Positions 48,166 through 56,832 of a stretch of DNA of 64,000 nt are shown piece after piece. The notes under the pieces are model-generated. The model was not told where the DNA came from. It did not search any database and saw nothing but the letters and a program-made list of their open reading frames with translations. Position 1 is the stretch's first letter. Every line of letters begins with the position of its first letter. This stretch comes from Bacteroidales bacterium (lineage in GTDB: Bacteria; Bacteroidota; Bacteroidia; Bacteroidales; UBA4181): the NCBI GenBank assembly GCA_031275285.1, contig JAISOY010000001.1, positions 6,813 through 70,812 on the forward strand, read 5' to 3'. The translations under genes and the position numbers were made by a program.

Positions 48166-48978
48166 TTATTTTAATAAATTCCGTTTTTCAACGTCTTGTA
48201 ATATACTCATTTGCTGGATTGCAATTTTATTCAGTTTTATCAATCGTTCTTTTTGTAGAATTTTCTCATTGATGAAAACGGCATTTAAGTTTTCCATATT
48301 GGATAAGCAAATCAGTTCGTTGATTGTCGCATAATCACGGATATTTCCTTTCAAATCTGCATTTGTTTCACGCCACTGTTTGGCTGTTCTTCCGAATAAA
48401 GCAACATTCAAAACGTCTGCTTCGTTGGCATAAATGATTGATGTTTGGGCAAACGAAAGTTCTTGCGGTATCAAATTGTGTTTTATGGCATCTGTATGAA
48501 TGTGGTAATTAAGTTTTGCTAATTCTCGTTTAGCTGTCCAGCCCAATTGCTTTTGTTCTTCTTCTTTGAGACGTTGAAATTCAGTTATCAAATACAATTT
48601 GAACGGAACGCTTATAGCTGAACCAAATTCAAAAGCGATGTCTTTATGTGCATATGTTCCGCCATATTTACCCTTTCTTACGATTATTCCAATGGCATTT
48701 GTTTTATCAATCCATTCGGAAACACTTAATACAAAACTCGGTAAACCTGCTTGCATTTTAAAGTGGTCAAATTCCACCACTTTAAAATTCGGATTATTGA
48801 TTTGCTCCCAAGTTCCGATAAACTCAAGTGTATAGCGGGTTCTAATCCAGTTTTTGATAATATCAGCAGCTCGGCTTTCGCTTTCTTTGGCATTTGCCAT
48901 ATCCGTTAACGAAATATAATCTCGCTCTTCGACCGATATAATCGTTATTTCCGTATCTTTTACATTGATTTTTGCCAT
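48166..48978 (-). CDS. KilA-N domain-containing protein
   Basis: Start at the Met giving MAKINVKDTEITIISVEERDYISLTDMA. The layout matches the roughly 270-aa KilA-N family common in Bacteroidales. Family recognised from memory. Confidence 0.7.
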   Translation of the reverse strand: MAKINVKDTEITIISVEERDYISLTDMANAKESESRAADIIKNWIRTRYTLEFIGTWEQINNPNFKVVEFDHFKMQAGLPSFVLSVSEWIDKTNAIGIIVRKGKYGGTYAHKDIAFEFGSAISVPFKLYLITEFQRLKEEEQKQLGWTAKRELAKLNYHIHTDAIKHNLIPQELSFAQTSIIYANEADVLNVALFGRTAKQWRETNADLKGNIRDYATINELICLSNMENLNAVFINEKILQKERLIKLNKIAIQQMSILQDVEKRNLLK

Positions 48979-49019
48979 AATACAAAGTTGCAAAAAAAAT
49001 TAAGATAAAATAAAATGTG

Positions 49020-50060
49020 TCAGGGTTTGGCTGGTTGAAACATATTAAACCCATCGCCATTTTTTCTAAATTGGCCCGGCTTAATCTGAAAATGTTTCCG
49101 GAAAAATTTATTGAAAGCGCTTTGGCTCTCGAAGCCTAAAAGAAACGCAATTTCCACCAACGGGATTTTTTCTTTTAAATACTTCCGGGATAACTCTATG
49201 CGTAAAGTATCTAATATCTGTTGATAAGACGTACCTTCTTCTTTTAACTTTCGTTGAATATTTCGTTCACTCATATTGAATCTGGCAGCAATATACTTCA
49301 GAGAAAGAGTTGTATTCGAAAGGTTGTGCATCAGATTTCGTCGAACAGATCGGGAGAGCATATTGTTCTGTCCTATATCCAGGTTTCTTATCTCATTCAT
49401 GTAATCTTTGAATACTGAATATAAAGAATCGCTTCCTGTAATTATTGGTAGATCCAATACAGTTTTGTTGAAAATAAGACTTAATTTATCCTGATAAAAT
49501 TCTATCGGGCAATATAAAAATTCTTCCAACATATCTTTTTCCCCTTCTTTTTGATACGCAGAATACGCTCTGATAGGATATAAATACCTACCTGTAAAGC
49601 TATATGCATATTGAAGCGAAACCCCATATTGCATTTCAAGCCAATGTCTGGAGGCAATAGGAAACCGATGCTCAAATTCAGGGTTAAGCGTTATTTCAAA
49701 GAAGAAGCAATCTCCCTCTTCCTTTGTTGTATAGTTTACTATATTATTGGCAGCAGGTTCAAAAGGTTCCGGATTTCCAAAAATCTCACGAACAGTTGTA
49801 CTTTGATTATAAATATTATAAAGGCTTCCTGTATAAACAAATGGCAATAAAAACCCGGTTTTCAGCCCGATTCTATTATCGCCTGTTTTCTTTACAATAA
49901 AATCCAAATACATTCCCAATACATCTGCATCAATCTTATTTGTCGGATTTTGTAAAATCGAGCCATCAAGCTTCAATTCCGATAATATCCGAGAAATATC
50001 GGCCAGATCGGTTTTAAAATGCGCTATTAATAGATTCAATAAACCAGCTGCAACAAACAT
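49020..50060 (-). CDS. AraC-family transcriptional regulator
   Basis: The ORF opens at TTG 50081 and the first ATG is at 50060. C-terminal HTH pair ends ...GFESQSAFNKFFRKHFQIKPGQFR. Confidence 0.85.
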   Translation of the reverse strand: MFVAAGLLNLLIAHFKTDLADISRILSELKLDGSILQNPTNKIDADVLGMYLDFIVKKTGDNRIGLKTGFLLPFVYTGSLYNIYNQSTTVREIFGNPEPFEPAANNIVNYTTKEEGDCFFFEITLNPEFEHRFPIASRHWLEMQYGVSLQYAYSFTGRYLYPIRAYSAYQKEGEKDMLEEFLYCPIEFYQDKLSLIFNKTVLDLPIITGSDSLYSVFKDYMNEIRNLDIGQNNMLSRSVRRNLMHNLSNTTLSLKYIAARFNMSERNIQRKLKEEGTSYQQILDTLRIELSRKYLKEKIPLVEIAFLLGFESQSAFNKFFRKHFQIKPGQFRKNGDGFNMFQPAKP

Positions 50061-50160
50061 ATCATTGTCGTTTTTGGACAAAAATATGGCTTAATTTTCA
50101 ACTATCCTAAATATTTCAGGGTTTACCTTTGTCAGTAAAAAAATAAAAGTTAAAAATGAC

Positions 50161-50532
50161 ATGCAAAATAAACTGATTATTACCGGAGGTGTATTGCTGA
50201 TAGTACTTGCTTTGTTTCACCTCTCATTCTGGAGCCTGTTCAACTGGCAGGAAGAATTACCCAGGCTAAGCGCAGAAAACAGCGGGATTATGCAAATGTC
50301 AACTGTCGGGTTCGTATGCCTGTTTTTGTCTTTGGGAATAATCTTTATAAATTTTCGAAAAGAAATCGCCAATACAAAGTTAGGCAAAGCCTTGTCATTT
50401 GCCTTGGCTTTCTTTTTCTTTATAAGGACTATTGCCGAATTTATATTTCCGGGAAGTTCAATCGAACTGGGTATATTTCTGGGTATATGTACCCTCGTGT
50501 TCTTCATACCTACAACAATGAAGAAAAAATAG
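50161..50532 (+). CDS. small hypothetical membrane protein (about 4 TM)
   Basis: 123 aa with four hydrophobic segments. I recognise no family. Confidence 0.5.
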   Translation: MQNKLIITGGVLLIVLALFHLSFWSLFNWQEELPRLSAENSGIMQMSTVGFVCLFLSLGIIFINFRKEIANTKLGKALSFALAFFFFIRTIAEFIFPGSSIELGIFLGICTLVFFIPTTMKKK

Positions 50533-50600
50533 GTTAAAGTGAATGATTATTCAAACTATATTTTCAAACCCCAAAATCTTAATAATCAAACAAAAATGAT

Positions 50601-50608
50601 TATCTTTG
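50601..50608 (+). promoter_or_regulatory. -7 box (TATCTTTG) ahead of a structured leader
   Basis: Matches TAnnTTTG 264 nt upstream of the ATG at 50872 and about 95 nt upstream of a strong terminator. Confidence 0.4.
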
Positions 50609-50700
50609 CCCCGTAATTGTAAATAATCACATTTTGAGAGTAATTCTTAAACTTATACTGGCTTAATATTAGCCTCATCACCACAGGCTAATAGTTCTTT

Positions 50701-50731
50701 TATTTGAGTAGCCCTACTCAAATAGGTTTTT
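50701..50731 (+). terminator. intrinsic terminator / attenuator hairpin
   Basis: TATTTGAGTA/TACTCAAATA is a 10-bp stem with a 4-nt loop, followed by GGTTTTT. Confidence 0.7.
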
Positions 50732-50871
50732 CATACATCATTTTATCATTCACAGTATTATCCGTTAAGGCCGATAGCATTTGCTATGGTAGTTTATGAT
50801 GATATATGTTTTCATAAACTGCAATACTGTGATTAATAACCATCAAAAGAACATTAAGCATAGTATAGATA

Positions 50872-51513
50872 ATGAAAAAAGAATATATATGGGAAATAAA
50901 TGTTAAAAACACCCCTTTGTTAAAAAGAAAATGTAATCACTGTAATGGTGACAGGTTTTATTGCAGTAACAAATTCAGGATGAATTCTCAGAAAAGAAAT
51001 ATTGATATATGGTTGATTTACCGATGTACAAAATGTGATAGTACATATAATCTGACCATATTATCGCGTACAAAACCCGAAGCAATAAAAAAAGATTTAT
51101 TTCTCAAATTCTCAGAGAATGACGAAGCGACCGCGTGGGAATATGCTTTCTCTTCTGAGACAGTAAGAAAAAACAATGTTGAATTGGATGATCACTCTGT
51201 CGAATATGAGATTGCATATGACAATATTTCAATAAATGATATTTTAAACGTTGAGGATAAGGCAATAGCATTTAAGATTAAAGCTAATTATAAATTCGGG
51301 CTAAAATTATCTTCTGTCATCAAAACATGTTTAGGGATATCGACAAATCAATTTAACCGGATGATTGAAACAGATGAAATTTATGTACTGCAAGGCTATT
51401 CACTCAAAAAACACAAAGTCAGGGATGGAGATATTGTATGGATAAATAAGGAGAAGTTGCAAAGCATATATAAACGGGATAATACCATAGATTCATGCAA
51501 AACCGGGGATTAA
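50872..51513 (+). CDS. DUF1062-like protein (N-terminal CxxC...CxxC zinc ribbon, C-terminal S4-like region)
   Basis: 213 aa with CNHCNGDRFYCSNKFRMNSQKRNIDIWLIYRCTKCDSTYN. Family assignment from memory. Confidence 0.6.
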   Translation: MKKEYIWEINVKNTPLLKRKCNHCNGDRFYCSNKFRMNSQKRNIDIWLIYRCTKCDSTYNLTILSRTKPEAIKKDLFLKFSENDEATAWEYAFSSETVRKNNVELDDHSVEYEIAYDNISINDILNVEDKAIAFKIKANYKFGLKLSSVIKTCLGISTNQFNRMIETDEIYVLQGYSLKKHKVRDGDIVWINKEKLQSIYKRDNTIDSCKTGD

Positions 51514-51574
51514 CGGGGATATGTATATATCATTGATTTTTTTATCCTGACGATCAATCAAATGTACATTATTT

Positions 51575-51607
51575 ATAGGGGAGTAAGTGTACTACTCCCC
51601 TATTTTT
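51575..51607 (+). terminator. intrinsic terminator
   Basis: ATAGGGGAGTA/TACTCCCCTAT is an 11-bp stem with a 7-nt loop, followed by TTTT. Confidence 0.75.
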
Positions 51608-51706
51608 AGCTTTATTCTTCCATCCTTTACTTTGTCAATTGATTGAAAACAAGAATATTTAATTGATTGGCAACAAATTTTCATTCAAATAATAAAATAT
51701 ATGATG

Positions 51707-51714
51707 TATCTTTG
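51707..51714 (+). promoter_or_regulatory. -7 box (TATCTTTG) ahead of the methyltransferase leader
   Basis: Matches TAnnTTTG 200 nt upstream of the ATG at 51914. Confidence 0.4.
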
Positions 51715-51913
51715 CAAAATGTTAAATACTTTACAATCGGATTTGGTGTAGTAAACAATCTGTAATTCTTATACAGATTGTCCCTTCGTTTGCTCTCGGA
51801 TGACTCTTTTCGGGAGTAGTTCCTATATTTTATAATTTTAGTTTTTAATCTGCGTACAATGATGAAAGCATTGGTATGCTTTCTGTATAGTGTATGCAAA
51901 ATACATTAAGATA

Positions 51914-52759
51914 ATGAGTAACAAAAATAAAACAATTGAGCTACACTCCAATGACCTCATGCTCGACCAAATGAGTGAACACACTTCGTCCTCGCCTAAC
52001 CGGACAATTCATGAATTCGATTTAAGTTTAATCTGCGAATTTTTCTCCAATATGGAGCGGCAGGGGCCCGGGAGTCCTGAAGTCACTCTTAAAGCACTGA
52101 GTTTCATCGACAATCTGACCGAAAAATCCCGTATCGCCGATCTCGGTTGCGGTACAGGCGGACAGACAATGGTACTGGCTCAGCATGCACCCGGGCATTT
52201 TACCGGACTCGACTTGTTTCCCGAATTTATCGATATCTTCAACCGGAATGCAGAGCGGTTAGGTTTGCAGGACAGGGTAAAAGGTATTGCAGGCTCAATG
52301 GATGATCTTCCTTTTCAACATGAGGAGTTAGACCTTATCTGGTCCGAAGGAGCCATTTACAATATCGGTTTTGAACGGGGACTCAACGAGTGGCGTAAAT
52401 ACCTGAAAACAGGAGGATATATTGCTGTTTCCGAAAGTTCGTGGTTTACGGACGAACGGCCTGCAGATATCCACCATTTCTGGGTCGATGCGTATCCCGA
52501 AATAGATACCATCCCCAATCAGGTAGCCAAGATACATAAAGCAGGGTATCTTCCCGTCGCCACCTTTATTCTGCCGGAGAATTGCTGGACAGAGCATTAC
52601 TTTGCTCCGAAGGTTAAAGCTCAGGAGATCTTTATGAATAAATATGCAGGAAATAAAGCAGCCGAAGAATTCAACGCAATGCAATCTCATGAAGGAGAAT
52701 TGTACCGCAAGTATAAAGAATTCTACGGCTACACATTTTTCATAGCAAAAAAAAGATAG
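51914..52759 (+). CDS. class I SAM-dependent methyltransferase
   Basis: The ORF opens at 51890; the second Met gives MSNKNKTIE. Motif I is [16 protein letters not shown]. Confidence 0.85.
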   Translation: MSNKNKTIELHSNDLMLDQMSEHTSSSPNRTIHEFDLSLICEFFSNMERQGPGSPEVTLKALSFIDNLTEKSRIADLGCGTGGQTMVLAQHAPGHFTGLDLFPEFIDIFNRNAERLGLQDRVKGIAGSMDDLPFQHEELDLIWSEGAIYNIGFERGLNEWRKYLKTGGYIAVSESSWFTDERPADIHHFWVDAYPEIDTIPNQVAKIHKAGYLPVATFILPENCWTEHYFAPKVKAQEIFMNKYAGNKAAEEFNAMQSHEGELYRKYKEFYGYTFFIAKKR

Positions 52760-52763
52760 AACA

Positions 52764-53819
52764 ATGATTCATTTAAATACATATGGTTGGAACGAAAAGT
52801 TAAACCAACTAAAACAAGGATCCATACATAGAACCTTGCCTCACGGACGGGTTGCCATTGTACATCGAACCTGTTATGACGTTATTTCCGAAGACGGACT
52901 GTTCCAGTGCGAACTCACCGGAAATATGATGTACGGTAAATCGGACTTTGAACTGCCTTGCGTGGGCGACTGGGTAATTTTTCAACCCTTCGACGAAAGT
53001 AAAGGGATTATAGTGGATATGTTACCGCGCGAACGAACCTTGTATCGCAAGAAAAGCGGAACAGTTGCCGACCGGCAGTCCATTGCTTCCTTTGTCGACA
53101 AGGCGTTTATCGTACAAAGCCTCGATGATAACTTCAACGTGCGCCGGGCCGAACGTTTTATGGTTCAGATACTGGAAGAGCATATCAAACCCGTACTGGT
53201 GCTCAATAAGGCCGACCTGGATTTCGACCGGCAGAAAGTGGAAGAGCAGATCAAACACATTGCCAGTCAGATGCCAGTATTTTTCACAAGTACACATCAA
53301 CCCGAAACGATTCTCCGGCTACGGGAATCAATCTCGGAAGGCGAAACGGTTGTATTTGTCGGCTCTTCGGGTGTCGGGAAAAGTTCGTTGGTGAATGCAC
53401 TTTGCGAAAAATCGGTATTGCTCACATCGGATATCAGCGTATCCACTGGAAAAGGTCGCCATACGTCGACCCGCCGGGAAATGGTGTTGATGGACGGTTC
53501 AGGTGTCTTAATCGACACTCCGGGCGTCCGGGAATTCGGCCTGGCTATCGATAATCCCGATTCACTCGCTGAAATGTTGGACATTTCCGACTTTGCACAA
53601 TCGTGTCGTTTCAAGGATTGCGAGCATATCAACGAGCCCGGATGTGCTGTGTTAGAAGCCGTAAACAACGGTGCATTAGACCGTAAAGTCTATGGAAGCT
53701 ATCTGAAACTCCGTCGGGAAGCATGGCACTTTTCTACTTCAGAACATGAAAAGCGCAAAAGGGATAAATCCTTTTCAAAACTCGTAGACGAAGTAAAGAA
53801 GCGCAAGGCTGAGCTTTGA
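52764..53819 (+). CDS. rsgA: ribosome small-subunit-dependent GTPase A
   Basis: 351 aa. Circularly permuted GTPase with NKADL and VGSSGVGKSSLVNAL, plus zinc knuckle CRFKDCEHINEPGCAV. Confidence 0.95.
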   Translation: MIHLNTYGWNEKLNQLKQGSIHRTLPHGRVAIVHRTCYDVISEDGLFQCELTGNMMYGKSDFELPCVGDWVIFQPFDESKGIIVDMLPRERTLYRKKSGTVADRQSIASFVDKAFIVQSLDDNFNVRRAERFMVQILEEHIKPVLVLNKADLDFDRQKVEEQIKHIASQMPVFFTSTHQPETILRLRESISEGETVVFVGSSGVGKSSLVNALCEKSVLLTSDISVSTGKGRHTSTRREMVLMDGSGVLIDTPGVREFGLAIDNPDSLAEMLDISDFAQSCRFKDCEHINEPGCAVLEAVNNGALDRKVYGSYLKLRREAWHFSTSEHEKRKRDKSFSKLVDEVKKRKAEL

Positions 53820-53829
53820 TTTCTATTTG

Positions 53830-53871
53830 AACAATGCGGGTATTTTCGAATATCCGCATTGTTATATTTTT
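53830..53871 (+). terminator. intrinsic terminator after rsgA
   Basis: AACAATGCGG/CCGCATTGTT stem, extendable to about 15 bp, followed by ATATTTTT. Confidence 0.75.
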
Positions 53872-54026
53872 AAAGGACATACCGAAATTCAATATCAGAT
53901 GATTGCCGTTCTCGTAATCAGATACAGAATTGTCCATCTGTTTTTCATTTCCGGGAAAGGATATGAAAATCATATCAGGAAACTATTTCTTTGTAGTGAG
54001 CGATAACACTTTACTGCTCTTCTTTT

Positions 54027-55730
54027 TCAACAAGTCTCAAACCTGGATAAAAATAAGTTTTTTGCTTCTTCTAAATGATTTACCATAATGTTTTTAAACC
54101 AATAGGTATATTTCTCCGGCTCACGATCCATGTCTGCCTGTAAATGTTTGATGTCGCACCACATCCATTCGCAAACCTCTGCACTATTAGGTTTTGGATC
54201 TTTATCATATAAACCGGCATAGATATGATCGATTTCATTTTCTATCATGCCATAGCTGAAATCTATTCTGTAATGAAATTTTTTTACGAACGTTAGTTCA
54301 CAATCAAATCCCATTTCATATTGTAATCTGGTGTGTACATACGAATCCATTCTTTCTTCCTGAGTGAGGTGGCTACAACATGTGTTTGTCCATAATCCGC
54401 CGGAGTGATATTTATCCATAGCTCTGCGATGTAGCATCAATTCTCCTTTGCGGTTAAAAATGAGAATAGAAAATGCCCTGTGCAGAAGGCCCTTCTGGTG
54501 AACCCGCATTTTTTCTTCAAATCCGGTTATTTCATCATTCATATTTACAAGTGCAATTTGCTCCTTACCTTTATTATGTTGTTCTTTCACTCCCAAAATG
54601 TGTAATAAATGTCCGGTATTAAGCGATGTGGGAATCCCTTTTTTATCCCAATGTTTTTTACATCCGCAAAAATCCAGATACACACATTGGGAGGGTATTC
54701 CCAGACTGATCATTTCATAACCTCCCAACAAAAGATTTAATACACAGGCAACACCTACCAATGAAACATCCGGCACCTCTTTCCAGCGTTTCAGCGTTTT
54801 TGAGAAGTTCGAACTGTGAGGAATAAGGTAAGCATCTATCTGGTAATTTTTTAAGGAGGCACTTACTTTTCCAACGTTGCATTGTGAATGGCAACAGATA
54901 CATTTTTTTTCTGAACCCTCCGGTTTAGCTTTGCAGGCATGATCATCCACTATGCGCATACAGGTAGGTAGTAAAACTACCTTACGTTTTGCTTCCATAA
55001 ATTTCCCCCTCAAAGCCCTGTTCAGGATTTCTGCAGCCACCATGTTAAAATGGTACTCGATCTCTTTACGGGTAGCCAGACCATAGTCTTCTCTCTGCCT
55101 GTATTCGGTTTTGGCTTTTTCGATAAAAGGATTGACGTTTCGGGTATAAGCTCCTAATTTATCTTTGGATACCTCTTCAAACCAACCTGCGAAATCGTAG
55201 GCCTTTTTTAACAAACTGTCCGTTTCTGAGGCAGATAACAATTTTGTGTATCTGAACCAGTTAGTGATTCTTCGGGTTTCCTCAAAAAATTCACCGGTGG
55301 CATTTAACCAACCTATCAGGCGGCCGAATGATCGGCCGGTAAAATATAAGTTACTTCCTTCAGGTTTGTTATAGAGCATCGGTGTCATCATTTTTCCGCG
55401 TACCTTATCAACTGTTTTTTTCAATTTCGGATTGTTTTTACGCACTAGATATAACTTATATAAAAGCCGGCTTTGCCATATCGGTGTACGTTTCGCTTCA
55501 TTTTCATAAGAACGCCACAGCACTCCGATCATAATGATTTCGAGCAGATATTCATCAAATGATCTGCACTCTTCAATATTTGCATCTATAATAAACTGCT
55601 GATATCTTTCTATATCTACCTTGAATAGAGGTACGGCCTGTGTTGATACAAAATCCGTGAGTCCGGCAATGTCTTTATAAAAATTATTATTGCCGTTGTT
55701 CGTTGCACTAATTGAGTAGGTGAGCTCCAT
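54027..55730 (-). CDS. idi: three-part fusion: N-terminal helical domain + DUF116-like Cys-rich domain + type 1 isopentenyl-diphosphate delta-isomerase (Nudix)
   Basis: 567 aa. C-terminal IDI-1 motifs are LHRAFSILIFN, WTNTCCSH and ENEIDHIY. The middle domain carries LLPTCM, CKAKPEGSEKKCICCHSQC, VGVACVLNLLLGG and DFCGCKKHW. Confidence 0.85.
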   Translation of the reverse strand: MELTYSISATNNGNNNFYKDIAGLTDFVSTQAVPLFKVDIERYQQFIIDANIEECRSFDEYLLEIIMIGVLWRSYENEAKRTPIWQSRLLYKLYLVRKNNPKLKKTVDKVRGKMMTPMLYNKPEGSNLYFTGRSFGRLIGWLNATGEFFEETRRITNWFRYTKLLSASETDSLLKKAYDFAGWFEEVSKDKLGAYTRNVNPFIEKAKTEYRQREDYGLATRKEIEYHFNMVAAEILNRALRGKFMEAKRKVVLLPTCMRIVDDHACKAKPEGSEKKCICCHSQCNVGKVSASLKNYQIDAYLIPHSSNFSKTLKRWKEVPDVSLVGVACVLNLLLGGYEMISLGIPSQCVYLDFCGCKKHWDKKGIPTSLNTGHLLHILGVKEQHNKGKEQIALVNMNDEITGFEEKMRVHQKGLLHRAFSILIFNRKGELMLHRRAMDKYHSGGLWTNTCCSHLTQEERMDSYVHTRLQYEMGFDCELTFVKKFHYRIDFSYGMIENEIDHIYAGLYDKDPKPNSAEVCEWMWCDIKHLQADMDREPEKYTYWFKNIMVNHLEEAKNLFLSRFETC

Positions 55731-55849
55731 ATTTATATTCTTTTTTTGATAAATATTTCTTATATTTTAGTATTAAACACCCGGTGCTATTTATTGTTTT
55801 CTTAAGTCGCATTGATCAAATTGATTACGGCTATTTAATTAAGTAGATG

Positions 55850-56128
55850 TTCATAATTAGTTCACATATAGCATATTTACTATTCTCCTGTTCATACAGT
55901 GGTGTTACACCAGGAAGGCCTGAGCTTCCGAAAGTGGGCACCAGTCCTGCAAAGTGAAGGGGCAAGCCGGAAGCTGTCTGAGCCGTCAGGTGAGTCCTTC
56001 CGGCGTCCCGTAGCGTGCAGTGGCTGGTCGCTGAGGAAGTAAGCCTTGATTTTTGCTTCTTTTTATCAAGGAAAAGAAGGGTAAAAATGATTCCATATAT
56101 GTATGGTATAATTTTGAACAATTACTTA
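55850..56128 (-). repeat. 279-nt conserved element, copy 2 (inverted relative to copy 1)
   Basis: Its reverse complement aligns base-for-base with 36965-37243. The 183-nt core has 14 substitutions, with a few more substitutions and a 1-nt indel in the AT-rich ends. It ends about 120 nt upstream of the fusion gene start at 55730, the same relative orientation as copy 1 has to its downstream gene. Confidence 0.7.
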
Positions 56129-56208
56129 TAACATTAATTTATTGGCATTAGTTGATTATTATATTTCACAAACAGAGCAATCTCTCTGTTTGTCGACAAA
56201 AAAATAGC

Positions 56209-56832
56209 CTAAGCTTTAAGCATGGTATATAATCCTTCCCACAATAAACGCATGGTCTTTCGCATATAACCCACATCCTGATTGATCAACCTTGTGATAG
56301 CATTCCCATAGGATATGGTTACAAAATACTGGGCTAATATCTCATTATCCAGGTCAGATTTAATCTCTCCTGATCGCTTGGCACTGGCAATAACCTCCAT
56401 CCATATAGTTAACTCCTTATTCTGGGCAAGAAGTGTTCTTTCTTTAAAAGTTGGAATAATCCGGTAAGCCTCGAATATAAAAGAATAAAAATTTGCGCCT
56501 TCACTATCTATATTGAATTCCTTATCAATTATATCCATCACTTTTTCGCTTCGTTCTAAAGAACCCTGAATAAAATCTTTTAAGGTGATTCCTTCCTGTG
56601 CAGGAAAAGGAAGATTGATAAATTCAAACCAATAATGGTTAGCAACTTCTATGAAAAGTTCTTCCTTTGTTTTAAAATAATGGTAAAAAGCTCCGTTAGA
56701 AAAGCCTGACCTGGCAATAATTTCCCGGAGTGTAACAGCCTTAAAACTTTTTTGCATAAAAAGCATGAAGGCTGTCTTCATGATATGTTCTTTAGAATCT
56801 TTCACATCAAAAACAGAGCATTTGCTCTGCAA
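56209..56832 (-). CDS. TetR/AcrR-family transcriptional regulator
   Basis: HTH region VTLREIIARSGFSNGAFYHYFKTKEELF. The TTG at 56832 lies inside a -7-box-like TATTTTTG, so the in-frame GTG at 56805 (MKDSKEHI...) is the more likely start. Confidence 0.85.
   Translation of the reverse strand: MQSKCSVFDVKDSKEHIMKTAFMLFMQKSFKAVTLREIIARSGFSNGAFYHYFKTKEELFIEVANHYWFEFINLPFPAQEGITLKDFIQGSLERSEKVMDIIDKEFNIDSEGANFYSFIFEAYRIIPTFKERTLLAQNKELTIWMEVIASAKRSGEIKSDLDNEILAQYFVTISYGNAITRLINQDVGYMRKTMRLLWEGLYTMLKA

Noticed and set aside
48050-48334. 94-aa and 68-aa plus-strand ORFs in the KilA-N/GNAT spacer, and the 50-codon N-terminal extension of the GNAT ORF (47852-48001)
   Set aside because: The translations are Cys/Phe-rich with no family resemblance. 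They partly overlap the KilA-N gene antisense, and the GNAT domain begins cleanly at the internal Met.
51681-51899. 72-aa minus-strand ORF upstream of the methyltransferase
   Set aside because: It is basic and low-complexity, and it lies antisense to a region with a plus-strand -7 box and hairpins. It is more likely part of a 5' leader.
53734-53973. 79-aa minus-strand ORF across the rsgA end and its terminator
   Set aside because: It overlaps the rsgA 3' end and the 15-bp terminator hairpin, so it is implausible as a gene.
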